Shown one piece after another: positions 1-10,133 of a stretch of 64,000 bases of DNA. The stretch covers positions 352,001 through 416,000 of the forward strand of contig CAWBMV010000012.1 of the NCBI GenBank assembly GCA_963789955.1. The letters run 5' to 3'. The notes beneath the pieces are model-generated. The model made no database searches and was not told the DNA's origin. It saw only the letters and a program-made list of their open reading frames with translations. How positions within the stretch are numbered: position 1 is the stretch's first letter; every line of letters begins with the position of its first letter. This DNA is from an uncultured Candidatus Rokubacteria bacterium. GTDB lineage: Bacteria > Methylomirabilota > Methylomirabilia > Rokubacteriales > CSP1-6. The position numbers and the translations under genes were made by a program.

Positions 1-566
1 GGCGGTAGCGGTTTGCCGGGTGTCACGGCGGGCGCATTCCGGGCGCTCGGTGCTTCTTGCCCGCCGGGCGCCTCGCGCGGAAGCACGGCCAGCGGCCGCG
101 AGCCGGGCTGAGGCTGCCCCGCCATCGGATCCGGTTCGGTGTACCGCACGATTCCGACGCCGACGGCGATCCCGAAGATGACCAGGAGCACTCCCGCGCC
201 GCCGAGCACGGCCGGATGGCGCCACGCCGAGCGGCGAGGCTCACGCGCCGGGACGCGGGGCGCCGGCGGCTCGGCCGGACCCAGGCGGTCGAGCTCGGTC
301 AGGATCGCGGCGGTCTCGCCTTCGTAGCGGGCACGAAGCTCGGCAAAGTCGGTATCCGATACGTGGCCGGCCGCGTGCTCGAACTCGAGCTCGCGGATGG
401 CGGCGAGGGCCACCTGCTTCTCCTCGTCGAGCTCTTGCCGCCGGTCGGGTGGCAGCGGAAGGAACGTGCGCCCGCGACGCTCACGGCCGAGGAGCGGCCA
501 GAGCACGAACACGAGGGCGGGCACTCCGATGACGGCCGCAGCGACCAGCGCGCCGGCCCCGATCAC
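1..566 (-). CDS. ccmI: CcmI-like cytochrome c biogenesis protein, N-terminal part (runs off window)
   Basis: Hand-translated from GTG at 566 overlapping the ccmH stop: MIGAGALVAAAVIGVPALVFVLWPLL...ALAAIRELEFEHAAGHVSDTDFAELRARYE; TM helix plus the acidic segment typical of CcmI N-termini; ccm operon context. Confidence 0.65.
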   Translation of the reverse strand, partial: MIGAGALVAAAVIGVPALVFVLWPLLGRERRGRTFLPLPPDRRQELDEEKQVALAAIRELEFEHAAGHVSDTDFAELRARYEGETAAILTELDRLGPAEPPAPRVPAREPRRSAWRHPAVLGGAGVLLVIFGIAVGVGIVRYTEPDPMAGQPQPGSRPLAVLPREAPGGQEAPSARNAPAVTPGKPLP

Positions 567-1037
567 GAGCCGCTCTCCAGCTCGCGGCGAATTCGCTCGC
601 TCATCGCCGCGTCGACGGCGACCGGCGGTGGGCGAACACCGCGCGAGCGATGGGTCCAGCGCCACACCAACGCGGCCGTCGCGGCGAGCCCGACGACGAC
701 CGCGACGAGGGGGAGGAGCCAGACGAGGAGATTGAATCCGCGGCGTGGCGGCGCCAGGAGGATCCAATCGCCGTAGCGGTCGACGAAGTAGCGCTGAATG
801 TCGGCCGGACTCTCGCCGGCCGCCAGCCGCTCGCGGATGATCGCGCGCATCTGGCTCGCCATCTCCGAGGGCGAGTCGGCCACCGACAGGCTCTGGCACA
901 CGACGCAGCGAAGGTGCGCGGCGATGTCGTACACGGTCTGCTCGTTGACCGGCTTCGAGCTCTGAGCGGTCGCGGCGCGCCCGGCCGAGCCCAGCAGGGC
1001 CAGTACGGCGACCACGATGACGGCGATCGCGGCTCAT
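563..1037 (-). CDS. ccmH: Cytochrome c biogenesis protein CcmH (probable 1-nt indel near the start)
   Basis: LRCVVCQ motif, YFVDRYGDWILLAPP, C-terminal TM; ATG at 1037 overlaps the ccmG stop but is out of frame with the 563..1015 ORF. Confidence 0.9.
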
Positions 1038-1570
1038 TGCGGCGAGGCCTCGGCGAGGAGCCGGTCGACGGTCGTGCGGAAGACGTCGTCGGTGACGGCG
1101 CCGACGTGCTTGACGCGGATCCGGCCCTGGCGATCGAGAAAGAACGTCTCGGGGACTCCGTAGACGCCGTAGTCCACCGACACCGTGCCCTTCAGATCCT
1201 GCGCGACGGGGAAGGTGAGACCGAAGTCGCCGACGAACTTCTGGGCGGCCTCGCGCTTGTCCTGGATGTCGACACCCAGCACGACCACGCCGCGCTCACG
1301 ATAGCCGCGCCAGTTCCGCTCGAGCACCGGCGCCTCCTCGTAGCACGCGGGATAGCACCACGACGCCCAGAAGTTCACGACGACGACCTTGCCTCGATGC
1401 GTCTCGAGACCGAGCGGCGCGCCCTCGAGCGTGGCGAGCGTGAAGGCCGGCGCCGGCCGGCCGACGAGCGGCGACGGAATGTCGCGCGGGCTCACGCGAA
1501 ATCCGTAGGCGAGCAGCGCCAGCACGGGGACGGCGGCGAGCGGGATGAGCCAGCGCCAGAGCCGCTTCAC
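1034..1570 (-). CDS. ccmG: CcmG/TlpA-family thiol:disulfide oxidoreductase with CX3C active site
   Basis: GTG at 1570 overlaps the ccmF stop; N-terminal TM, PAPAFTL, VVNFWASWCYPAC, YGVYGVPETFFLD. Confidence 0.88.
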   Translation of the reverse strand: MKRLWRWLIPLAAVPVLALLAYGFRVSPRDIPSPLVGRPAPAFTLATLEGAPLGLETHRGKVVVVNFWASWCYPACYEEAPVLERNWRGYRERGVVVLGVDIQDKREAAQKFVGDFGLTFPVAQDLKGTVSVDYGVYGVPETFFLDRQGRIRVKHVGAVTDDVFRTTVDRLLAEASPQ

Positions 1571-3510
1571 GCGGTCCGGTGCCGCTCCGGCAGGATGGCC
1601 AGCAGCGCCCCCAGGGTGAGTACCAATCCGCCGATCCAGATCCAGCTCACGAGGCGGTTGACCTGGAGCTTGATCGTCGCCTGTGAGCCGTCGCGGGCGA
1701 AGTCGCCGAGGACGAGATAGAGATCCTCGCGCAGGCCCAGACGATAGTCGACGTACGCGATGGGCGCCTGTTCTTGAGGATAGAACTTCTTGGCCGGGCG
1801 CAGCACGCCGAGCACGCGCCCGTTCGAGACCGTGAACGCCCCGATGACCTTGAAGTGGTTCGACTCCTCGACCGCGGTGAGCCCATCGAACCGGAAACGG
1901 TACCCGGCGAGCTCGGCCGACTCTCCGCGGTGCAACGTGGTCTCGGTCTGCACCGACCAGGCGTGCGATCCCATCACGCCGAGCGCGATGATCAGGATGC
2001 CCAGGTGCACCACGAAGCCACCGTAGCGGCGGTTGTGCCGCAGGAGAAGCCCGCCCATCGCCGGCAGGAGCGACTCGCCCACGCGGAGCCGCGCGCGGGT
2101 GGCGCGCGTGAAGTCGACCGCGATCGTGACCGCGACGAAGACGGTCGTCGCGAACGTGAGCGCCGCCAGCAGCGAGCGGACACCAAGCGCGAACGCGGCG
2201 GCCGCCGCGACGATCCCGAGCGCGACCGGCCAGAGGAAGTTGCGCTTGAGGCTTTCGAGGGACGCCCGCCGCCAGGCGATCAGCGGCCCGACCCCCATCA
2301 GGAAGACCAGCGACAGGAAGAGCGGCACGTTGACCTGGTTGAAGAAGGGCGCGCCGACGCTGACCTTGACGCCGCGCACGGCTTCCGAGAGCAACGGGAA
2401 CACCGTGCCGAAGAAGACCGTGAACGCGGCGGCCACGAGGAACACGTTGTTCAAGAGGAACGCCGACTCGCGCGAGACGATCGAGTCGAGCTCGCCCTCG
2501 GACCGGAGCGCCTCCCAGCGCCACGCGACCAGCCCGAGCGCCGTCAGCAGCACGAGTGCCAGAAAGCTCAAGAACAGGATCCCGATAGAGCCTTGCGTGA
2601 AGGCGTGGACCGAGGCGATGACCCCGGAACGGGTGAGGAACGTGCCGAACAAGGTGAGGCCGAAGGTCAGGATCACCAGCGAGATGTTCCAGAGACGGAG
2701 CATGCGCCGCCGCTCCTGGATCATCACGGAGTGGAGGAATGCAGTGCCGGTGAGCCACGGCATGAACGCGGCGTTCTCCACGGGATCCCACGCCCAGTAC
2801 CCGCCCCAGCCGAGGACGTGGTAGCTCCACCAGCCGCCGATCAGGAGACCGAGCGAAAGAAAGTACCAGGCGACGATCGTCCACCGCCGCGTCAGGACGA
2901 GCCACGCGTCGCCGATGCGGCCGGTGATCAACGCGGCCATCGCGAAGGCGAAGGGCACGGAGAAGCCGGTGAAGCCGAGATAGAGGGCAACGGGGTGCGT
3001 GATCATGCCCGTGTCCTCGAGCAGCGGGTTCAGGCCGCGGCCGTCGGCGGGCACCGGCATCTGGCGCTGGAACGGCGGCGCGGCGACTGTCATCACCAGG
3101 AGGAAGAACGCGAGGATGCCGAGCATCGTCGCCAGCGCCCAGGGATACAGCTCGCGCGCGCCGACCCGGTGGCGCACGATCAGGATGATCGTGTAGAGCG
3201 TGAGCATCCAGGCCCAGAGGATGATCGAGCCCTCGAGCGCGCCCCACACTGCGGTGATCCGGTAGTAGAACGGCGTGCCGAGGTTCGTGTTGGTCGCGAC
3301 GTAGCGGACCGAGAAATCGAACGTGAGGAAGGCGTAGGTGAGCAGCGCGAAGCACGAGGTGACGAGGACGAACACGCCGATCGCCGCGTGCTGAGCCGAC
3401 TCGATCAGCGCCGTCCGCCCCGACCGGGCGCCGACCCCGGCGGCGATCCCGCCGTACAGTGCGAGGCCGAGAGCGACCAGGGTCATGCCGTAGCCGAGGT
3501 CTGCGGTCAC
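1567..3510 (-). CDS. ccmF: Heme lyase CcmF
   Basis: 647 aa polytopic membrane protein with WGGYWAWDPVEN WWD motif, GLNPLL, SVHAF. Confidence 0.97.
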   Translation of the reverse strand: MTADLGYGMTLVALGLALYGGIAAGVGARSGRTALIESAQHAAIGVFVLVTSCFALLTYAFLTFDFSVRYVATNTNLGTPFYYRITAVWGALEGSIILWAWMLTLYTIILIVRHRVGARELYPWALATMLGILAFFLLVMTVAAPPFQRQMPVPADGRGLNPLLEDTGMITHPVALYLGFTGFSVPFAFAMAALITGRIGDAWLVLTRRWTIVAWYFLSLGLLIGGWWSYHVLGWGGYWAWDPVENAAFMPWLTGTAFLHSVMIQERRRMLRLWNISLVILTFGLTLFGTFLTRSGVIASVHAFTQGSIGILFLSFLALVLLTALGLVAWRWEALRSEGELDSIVSRESAFLLNNVFLVAAAFTVFFGTVFPLLSEAVRGVKVSVGAPFFNQVNVPLFLSLVFLMGVGPLIAWRRASLESLKRNFLWPVALGIVAAAAAFALGVRSLLAALTFATTVFVAVTIAVDFTRATRARLRVGESLLPAMGGLLLRHNRRYGGFVVHLGILIIALGVMGSHAWSVQTETTLHRGESAELAGYRFRFDGLTAVEESNHFKVIGAFTVSNGRVLGVLRPAKKFYPQEQAPIAYVDYRLGLREDLYLVLGDFARDGSQATIKLQVNRLVSWIWIGGLVLTLGALLAILPERHRTA

Positions 3511-3947
3511 CGCCCTTCACCCCGGAGCGTCTTGAAGAGCTCGCGGTAGCCCGCCTGATTCGTGTCGTGGGGCGCTTTGTATTCCTCGGAATGCTTGGCC
3601 ATGATCAGGGACGCCTTGAAGTAGCCGTCGGCCGTCCAATTTCCTTCCAGGACCGCGCCTCGGCCCTCGCCGAACAGATCGGGCGGCGTGCCCTTGTGTC
3701 GGACCGGAACCGTCGCGGTCCCGTCAGACAGGGTGAACGACAGATCGAGCGAGCGCGGCTCCCACTTGAGCGAGCCGGGCACCACCATACCACCAAGCCG
3801 GTAGGCCTTGCCCGGCACTGCGGCGCCCCGCAGCTCCGACGGTGTGACGAAGTACACCGCCGACTGCGTCACGCCTGCGTAGATCATGTACGCGAGAGCC
3901 CCGGCGATGACGACGCCACCGATGATGAGCTTGCGCCTTCGGGTCAT
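3507..3947 (-). CDS. ccmE: Heme chaperone CcmE
   Basis: MTRRRKLIIGG TM, YFVTPSE, RLGGMV, PDLFGEG, KHSEEY heme-binding HxxxY motif. Confidence 0.92.
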   Translation of the reverse strand: MTRRRKLIIGGVVIAGALAYMIYAGVTQSAVYFVTPSELRGAAVPGKAYRLGGMVVPGSLKWEPRSLDLSFTLSDGTATVPVRHKGTPPDLFGEGRGAVLEGNWTADGYFKASLIMAKHSEEYKAPHDTNQAGYRELFKTLRGEGR

Positions 3948-4011
3948 TGTAGCGGGGGCCTTGAGGCCGGCTTGGACCCGGGGTGGCCTGAGATAGGCGC
4001 GGCGAAGCTCC

Positions 4012-4135
4012 GCACGCCCGATCTTTCGGTGGGCGTCGTTCGACTCTGGTTCACGGTGATCGGGCGCTCTGAGGTCGGCGTGGCACGGCACGCCCGACCC
4101 TTTCGGTTGCGTCGGTCGGCTCTGGTTCACGGTGA
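4012..4135. repeat. Two imperfect 48-bp direct repeats (4012-4059 and 4088-4135)
   Basis: gcacgcccgatctttcggtgggcgtcgttcgactctggttcacggtga versus gcacgcccgaccctttcggttgcgtcggtcggctctggttcacggtga; last 16 nt identical. Confidence 0.8.
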
Positions 4136-4331
4136 CGGGCGCCTGCGAGGCCGGATTTGGCTGGGGCTGGCCCGGCTCTGCCGCTCGCGAAGGCTGTCTC
4201 AGGTCGTGGCGGATGGCGGTGGCGTCTTCGAGCTCTTTTTCGCGGCGGGAGAGGAAGCGCCAGTAGGCGATCAGTACGACGGCCGCGAGGCCGTAGGCGG
4301 CGAGGACGAAGCCCCAGTTGTCGGGCATCAC
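4127..4331 (-). CDS. ccmD: Heme exporter protein CcmD (3' end uncertain; reads through into ccmE in this assembly)
   Basis: MPDNWGFVLAAYGLAAVVLIAYWRFLSRRE single TM with AY motif, located between ccmC and ccmE. Confidence 0.7.
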
Positions 4332-4971
4332 GCTTCGGCCTCGGCTTCCAGGCGGAGCAGGCGGGCTCGCCTGGTGACGAAATAGACGTAGAGGAGCGTG
4401 AACGCTGCGAAGTTCACGAGGAGCGTCGCCTTGAAGATGCCGGCCATCGGTGCCCGGGCCCCATCAGGGACGGGGGCTGGTGCAGGGTGCGCCACCAGAG
4501 CACCGAGAAGTGCACGAGGGGAATGTTGAACGCCGCGACGATGCCGAGCACCGCGGCGAATCGGGCGCCGCGCTCGCGGTCGTCGATCATGCCGCGAAGC
4601 AGGAGATAGCCCAGGTACATGACGAACAGGATCGAGACGCTCGTGAGCCGCGCGTCCCACGTCCACCAGGTACCCCATGTCGGCTTGCCCCAGATCGACC
4701 CGGTGGCGATCGTGAGCCCCGTGAAGAGGACGCCGACCTCCGCCGAGGCGTGTGCGAGCCGGTCCGCGGACTCGGCCCGCCGGACCAGATAGGCGATCGA
4801 GGCGACCAGGACGACGCCGAACGCCAGATAGGCCACCCAGACGCTCGGCACGTGCAGGTACATGATGCGCTGCACGTTGCCCTGGGTGGACTCACGCGGC
4901 GCGATCCCGAATCCCATCACCAGGCCCGCCAGGAGCCCCACCAAGGTCACGCCACCGAGGAGACGTCTCAT
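4328..4971 (-). CDS. ccmC: Heme exporter protein CcmC (frameshift near 4450)
   Basis: RIMYLHVP, WGKPTWGTWWTWDARLTS, WWRTLHQ; final TM helix is in another frame. Confidence 0.93.
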
Positions 4972-4976
4972 CGCGC

Positions 4977-5633
4977 CTAGGCCTCCAGCACGAAGTCGAA
5001 CGTGAGGACGCCGACGGCGACGTACACCACGTCCGCGGCCGCGAGGAGCTTGAGCCAGTGGGCGACGCTGCCAAGGGGCTCGCCGAGCAGCACGGCCTCG
5101 GTCGCCTTGACGGTGGCGAGCAGTACCGGCGCCTCGACCGGGAGCAGCAGCACCGGGAACAGGAGCTCGCGGGCGCGCACCTGCGCCGTCATCGCGGCGA
5201 ACAGGGTGCCGACGGCGGCCAGGGCCACCGTCCCGAGCGCGATCACCACGGCGAGGGCCGGCAGGACACCGGCGATGTCGAGGTTGAAGAAGAAGGCGAA
5301 GAGCACCAGGAGAATGGTCTCGATGACCAGCATCAACAGCAGGTTGCCGGCGAGCTTGCCGACGTAGATCGCCGACTTGTCACCCGGCGCCAGGAGGAGG
5401 CCCTCCCAGCAGTCGTTCTCGCGCTCGACGACGAACGTTCGGCCGAGCCCGAGGAGACCGCTCAGGATGAACCCGAGCCAGAGCAGGCCGGGGAGGGTGC
5501 CGGCCAGGCGCTCGCGGTCGGGCCCTAAAGCGAACTGGAAGATGAACAGGAGCAAGAGCCCGAAGAAGAAGAGCGCGTTGAGCGTCTCCTTCGACCGGCG
5601 CTCGACGAGCAGGTCCTTCCACACCACGATCAT
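4977..5633 (-). CDS. ccmB: Heme exporter protein CcmB
   Basis: WKDLLVERR, PGLLW, ERENDCWEGLLLAP, LFPVLLLP; multiple TM helices. Confidence 0.93.
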   Translation of the reverse strand: MIVVWKDLLVERRSKETLNALFFFGLLLLFIFQFALGPDRERLAGTLPGLLWLGFILSGLLGLGRTFVVERENDCWEGLLLAPGDKSAIYVGKLAGNLLLMLVIETILLVLFAFFFNLDIAGVLPALAVVIALGTVALAAVGTLFAAMTAQVRARELLFPVLLLPVEAPVLLATVKATEAVLLGEPLGSVAHWLKLLAAADVVYVAVGVLTFDFVLEA

Positions 5634-5650
5634 CGCCCGCCGCGCGAACG

Positions 5651-6370
5651 TCAGGATGCGTCCTCCGCGTGCAGGGTGTAGAGCCGGTGAACATCGTCGG
5701 CGGACAGCGCGCCGCGGGGCGTGTCCAGAGCGATCGCGCCGCCGGCGAGGATCGAGATCCGGTCGGCGACCGCCAGCTCGCGACCGAAGCTGTGCGTCGT
5801 CATGACGATCGCGCCGCCGCCCGCTTTGAACGATGCCAGATGCTCTTCCAGCCACTTCTTGCCACGTTGGTCGAGCCCCGTGAACGGCTCGTCGAGCAAC
5901 AACACCCGCGGCCGGGCCAGGACGAAGCGCGCAAGCGAGAGCCGGCGCTTCATGCCCGCGGAGAACGTGCGGACGCGCTCGCCGGCGGCGCGATCGAGCT
6001 CGACGGTCGCGAGCGCGGCGGCGCGGTCGGCCGCCGATGGTCGAAGGCCCGCGAGCGTGGCCCAGAAGGTCAGGTTCTCGGCGGCGGTCAGGTCCTCGTA
6101 CACGTGCGAGCTGTGGGCGACGAGCCCGATCTCACGGCGGACGAGCTCGGCGTCCTTCGCGCAGTCGTAGCCCGCGACGATCGCGGTGCCGCGCGTCGGG
6201 CGCACCAGGGTCGCCAGGACCTTGAGCAAAGTGGTCTTGCCGGCGCCGTTGGCGCCCAGCACCGCCACCGCCTCACCGGCACGGACGTCCAGGTCGAGCC
6301 CGTCCAGCACGCGATGGTTGCCGAAGGTCTTGCGGAGACCGGTCACTCGAATGAGTGGCTCGGAGGCCAT
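5651..6370 (-). CDS. ccmA: Heme ABC exporter ATPase CcmA
   Basis: GANGAGKT, FSAGMKRR, LLLDEPFTGLD; first gene of the ccm operon. Confidence 0.93.
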   Translation of the reverse strand: MASEPLIRVTGLRKTFGNHRVLDGLDLDVRAGEAVAVLGANGAGKTTLLKVLATLVRPTRGTAIVAGYDCAKDAELVRREIGLVAHSSHVYEDLTAAENLTFWATLAGLRPSAADRAAALATVELDRAAGERVRTFSAGMKRRLSLARFVLARPRVLLLDEPFTGLDQRGKKWLEEHLASFKAGGGAIVMTTHSFGRELAVADRISILAGGAIALDTPRGALSADDVHRLYTLHAEDAS

Positions 6371-6498
6371 AACTGGGAACCGCCCAATTCTCGCGCAGCC
6401 GCCGGGAAGGGTCAAGGAAGCGGGAACTTGACTCGGTCGGGCGACCTCCTGCCAAATAGAGGCGGTCGAGCCGACCGTGCGACCGCCGGAGGGTCTAG

Positions 6499-7425
6499 TT
6501 GTTCCAATTCGTGGTGACGCGTGTGCTGTGGCTGGTCCCGACACTCCTGGCCATGGCGCTCGTGACGTTCCTCGTGATGCACGCGACGCCGGGTAGCCCG
6601 CTCGACCCGGTCGCGGAGGGCGCGAACCCGCTGTCGCCGGACGCGCAGAAGAACCTGGCCGCTCACTACGGGCTCGATCGGCCGCTCTACCAGCAGTTCG
6701 CCATCTTCATCGGGAAAGCGGTCCAGGGCGACTTCGGCAATTCGTTCGTCTACAAGACTCGGACCGTCCGCGAGATCATCGTCGACACGTTTCCGATCTC
6801 GCTCCTGCTCGGCTCGATGGCGCTGGCGCTCGCGATCGTCGGCGGCCTGACGCTCGGGATCCTCGCGGCGGTCTACCAGAACCGGGGCTGGGACTACGTG
6901 TCGGTGAGCGTGGCGACGGTCGGCGTCGCCGTGCCGAACTTCGTCCTCGCGGTCTTCCTCATCATCCTGTTCTCGTTCGTGGTGCCGCTCTTCCCGACCG
7001 GCGGCTGGGATTCGCCGCGGAACTGGGTGTTGCCGACGGTGGCACTGGCGCTGGCCCCGATGGGGATCATCGCGCGCTTCACGCGCGCCAGCATGCTCGA
7101 GGTCATCCGCGCCGACTACACGCTCACCGCGCGCGCCAAGGGGCTGGGCGAGATGCCCGTCATCTTCAAGCACGCGCTCAAGAACGCGTTTATCCCGGTG
7201 GTCACTCTACTGGGCCCGATGTTCGCCGCGGTCGGAACCGGCTCGTTTTTCGTCGAATCGATCTTCCGGGTGCCCGGCATGGGGCGCTTCTTCGTCCTCT
7301 CGATGACCGGCCGCGACTATCCGATGATCATGGCGGTGGTGCTCACGTACGGAGCGTTCCTGGCGGTCATGAACCTCGTCGTCGACCTTCTCTATGGCGT
7401 CCTCGACCCCCGCATCCGGTACTGA
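6499..7425 (+). CDS. Oligopeptide/dipeptide ABC permease (OppB/DppB-like)
   Basis: YGLDRPL, GDFGNS, TARAKGL EAA loop, LDPRIRY end. Confidence 0.93.
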   Translation: MFQFVVTRVLWLVPTLLAMALVTFLVMHATPGSPLDPVAEGANPLSPDAQKNLAAHYGLDRPLYQQFAIFIGKAVQGDFGNSFVYKTRTVREIIVDTFPISLLLGSMALALAIVGGLTLGILAAVYQNRGWDYVSVSVATVGVAVPNFVLAVFLIILFSFVVPLFPTGGWDSPRNWVLPTVALALAPMGIIARFTRASMLEVIRADYTLTARAKGLGEMPVIFKHALKNAFIPVVTLLGPMFAAVGTGSFFVESIFRVPGMGRFFVLSMTGRDYPMIMAVVLTYGAFLAVMNLVVDLLYGVLDPRIRY

Positions 7426-7435
7426 GCTCGCGGCC

Positions 7436-8315
7436 GTGGCGGTCGCGGTGCCGAGCGGCGCGCCGCGGGTTCGCTCGTCGAGCCTGTGGCGGGATGGCGT
7501 TCGCCGGCTGCGGCGCAATCGCCTGGCGGTGGCCGGCGGCGTGGTGATCGCCGTGCTCTGCTTCGTCGCGATCTTCGCCGACTTCCTGGCGCCGCTCCCG
7601 TACACGAAGTCGAACTTCGGGCGGCTCAACGAGGCGCCGTCCCGCGACTACCCGCTGGGGACCGATCAGCTCGGCCGCGACCTCCTGTCGCGAATGATCT
7701 ACGGCGCGCGCGTGTCGATGCTGGTGGGGCTCGGGCGCCCAGGTGATCGTGGTCCTGATCGGCGTCCCGATCGGGGCCCTGTCGGGCTACCTCGGCGGCC
7801 GGGTCGACATGTTCCTCACGCGGTTCGTCGACGTCATGTACGCGTTCCCGCGCCTCTTGTTCGTGATCCTCCTGATGTCGATGCTCGGCGCGGGGCTCAC
7901 GAACATCTTCATCGCGATCGGGCTGACCGGATGGGTCGGCATCGCGCGCCAGACGCGCGCGCAGGTGCTCGCGATCAAGGAGAAGGAGTTCGTCGACGGC
8001 GCCCGGGCGCTCGGCGCCGGGTTCGACCGCCTGCTCGTGCGCCACATCCTGCCCAACGCGCTCACGCCGATCGTCGTCGCGGTCACCTTCGGCATCCCGG
8101 AGGCGATCTTCACCGAGGCCGCGCTCTCGTTCATCGGCGTCGGCATCAACCCCCCGACGCCGTCGTGGGGCCAGATGGTCGGCGAGGGGCAGCAGTACAT
8201 CAGGTCCTACTGGCACCTGTGCGTTTTCCCGTCGATCGCCATCGCGGTCACCATGCTGTCGTTCACGTTCTTCGGTGACGGCGTCCGCGACGCGCTGGAC
8301 CCCAAACTGAAATAG
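7436..8315 (+). CDS. Oligopeptide/dipeptide ABC permease (OppC/DppC-like; frameshift near 7740)
   Basis: RRNRLA, LGTDQLGRDLLSR, then EFVDGARALGA, HILPN, PSWG, GDGVRDALDP in the next frame. Confidence 0.9.
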
Positions 8316-8330
8316 CAAGGAGACCCGCTC

Positions 8331-10074
8331 ATGCGAGTTCCGCGTATCTCGGACCAACAGCTGGATCTGCTGGCGACTCGTCTCGGCGCGATCGGCGTGG
8401 GCCGCCGCGACTTCCTGCGGGTCGCCGCCGGCCTGGCGGCGATGGGCGCGGCCGGCTTCAACGCGCGCCCGGTGTCCGCGGCGCCGAAGCTCGCGCCCGG
8501 CGAGAAGCTCGCGAAGGAGCAGCACCTCCGGTTCGGCGGCGGCAGCTGGTACGAGCAGGACCCGTCGAGCCACGACTTCAACAAGGACCTCTACTGCGGC
8601 GGCACGCCGCAGCTCTTTGCCGGGCTCATGAAGTTCAACGTCGAACTTCGAGGCGGTTCCCTACGTCGCCGAGAAGGTCACGCCCAACAAGGACGGCTCG
8701 GTCTGGACGTTCGCGATCCGCAAGGACTCGAAGTGGTCCGACGGCTCGCCGTGCTCGGCGCGCGATTTCGAGTACTCGTTCAAGCGCCAGCTCGACCCGG
8801 CCACCGCCGCCCCCTACGCGTCGTTCCTCTACGACATCAAGAACGGCGAGGCGTTCAACAAGAAGCAGGTGACCGACGCGAGCCAGGTCGGCGTCCGGGC
8901 GAAGGACGACTGGACGCTCGAGGTCACGCTCGAGGGGCCGCGCGGCTACTTCCCGGTGCTCGCGGCCTATCTGGCCGCGCTGCCCGGCCACCGCGGCTCG
9001 ATCGAGAAGTACGGCGACAAGTGGACGGAGGCCGCCAACATCGTCTGCAACGGGCCCTTCGTGCTGGACGCGTGGGAGCACAACAAGGTCATCGTCCTGA
9101 AGAAGAACAAGCACTTCTTCGGCGCCAAGGACATCACGCTCGAGAAGGTGACGATCCCGATCATCCCGATCGCGTCCGGCGCGCTCCCGTACGAGAACAA
9201 CGAGATCGACCTGACGCGCTCTGCAGACGGCGGATCTGAAGCGGTTGCAGGGCGATCCGCAGACGTCGAAGGAGGTGTTCCGGTTCCCGTATCCGGGCAC
9301 CTGGTATCTGCTGCCGCAGGTGACCAAGCCGCCGTTCGACAACCTCAAGGTGCGCAAGGCGGTCGCGCACGCGATCGATCGCGAGAACATCGTCAAGGTC
9401 AGCCAGGGCTTCGCGATCCCGGCGCACGCCATGATCCCGCCGGGCTTCCCCGGCGCGCTCGACGACAAGAAGACGCGCGACCTCCAGCGCTTCGACCCGA
9501 AGCTCGCGATGTCGATGCTCAAGGGCACGCCGTTCGAGGGCGGGAAGAACTGGCCGAAGATCACGCTCTCGCATGCGCGACGAGGCGCTCGGCTCGCAAG
9601 CCGCTCGCCGAGGCCGTCCAGGCGGTGCTGCTGGAGAACCTGAACATGAAGACCGAGCTCGAGGTGCTCGAGCAGCGCGTCTTCCGCGAGCGGCTCTGGA
9701 AGCAGGACCTCCAGTTCGTGTGGATCCGCTGGTTCATGGACTACCCGGACCCGCACAACGAGTACTTCGACACCTTCTACGGCAAGAAGACGACCGGCAA
9801 GCGCCAGGCGTGGGCCAACGACGCCTTCGACAAGGAGCTGGAGGCGGGCCGCGACACCAGCGACCCCAAGAAGCGCCTGGCCAGCCTACGCGAAGGCCGA
9901 GGAGATCATGCAGAACGACGTCGGCTACGTGCCGGTGGCCTGGGTCGTGCGCTACGCGACGCGCGAAGCCGACGGTCCGCGGCCTCGAGAAGAACCGGCA
10001 GGGCGAGCTCGTCGTCGACGGCAACATCTACGTGCGACATGCTCACGCACATCTACATGGTCGAGAAGGCCTGA
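8331..10074 (+). CDS. Family-5 peptide ABC substrate-binding protein with Tat signal (several frameshifts)
   Basis: GRRDFL twin-arginine motif; [40 protein letters not shown] distributed over several frames. Confidence 0.88.
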
Positions 10075-10082
10075 AGACGACG

Positions 10083-10109
10083 GCGCGCCGGGGGTCGCCC
10101 CCGGCGCGC
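10083..10109. terminator. GC-rich hairpin between convergent SBP and htpX genes
   Basis: gcgcgccggggg-tcg-cccccggcgcgc perfect inverted repeat; no long U tract. Confidence 0.5.
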
Positions 10110-10133
10110 TTGTAACTCGCGTCGTGGGCTGGG

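Noticed and set aside
1034..3520. 828-aa ORF suggesting a giant CcmG
   Set aside because: Only the last 178 aa are thioredoxin-like; the rest is an alternative frame of ccmF
4012..4135. Possible mini CRISPR array
   Set aside because: Only two imperfect 48-bp copies, no cas genes and no leader
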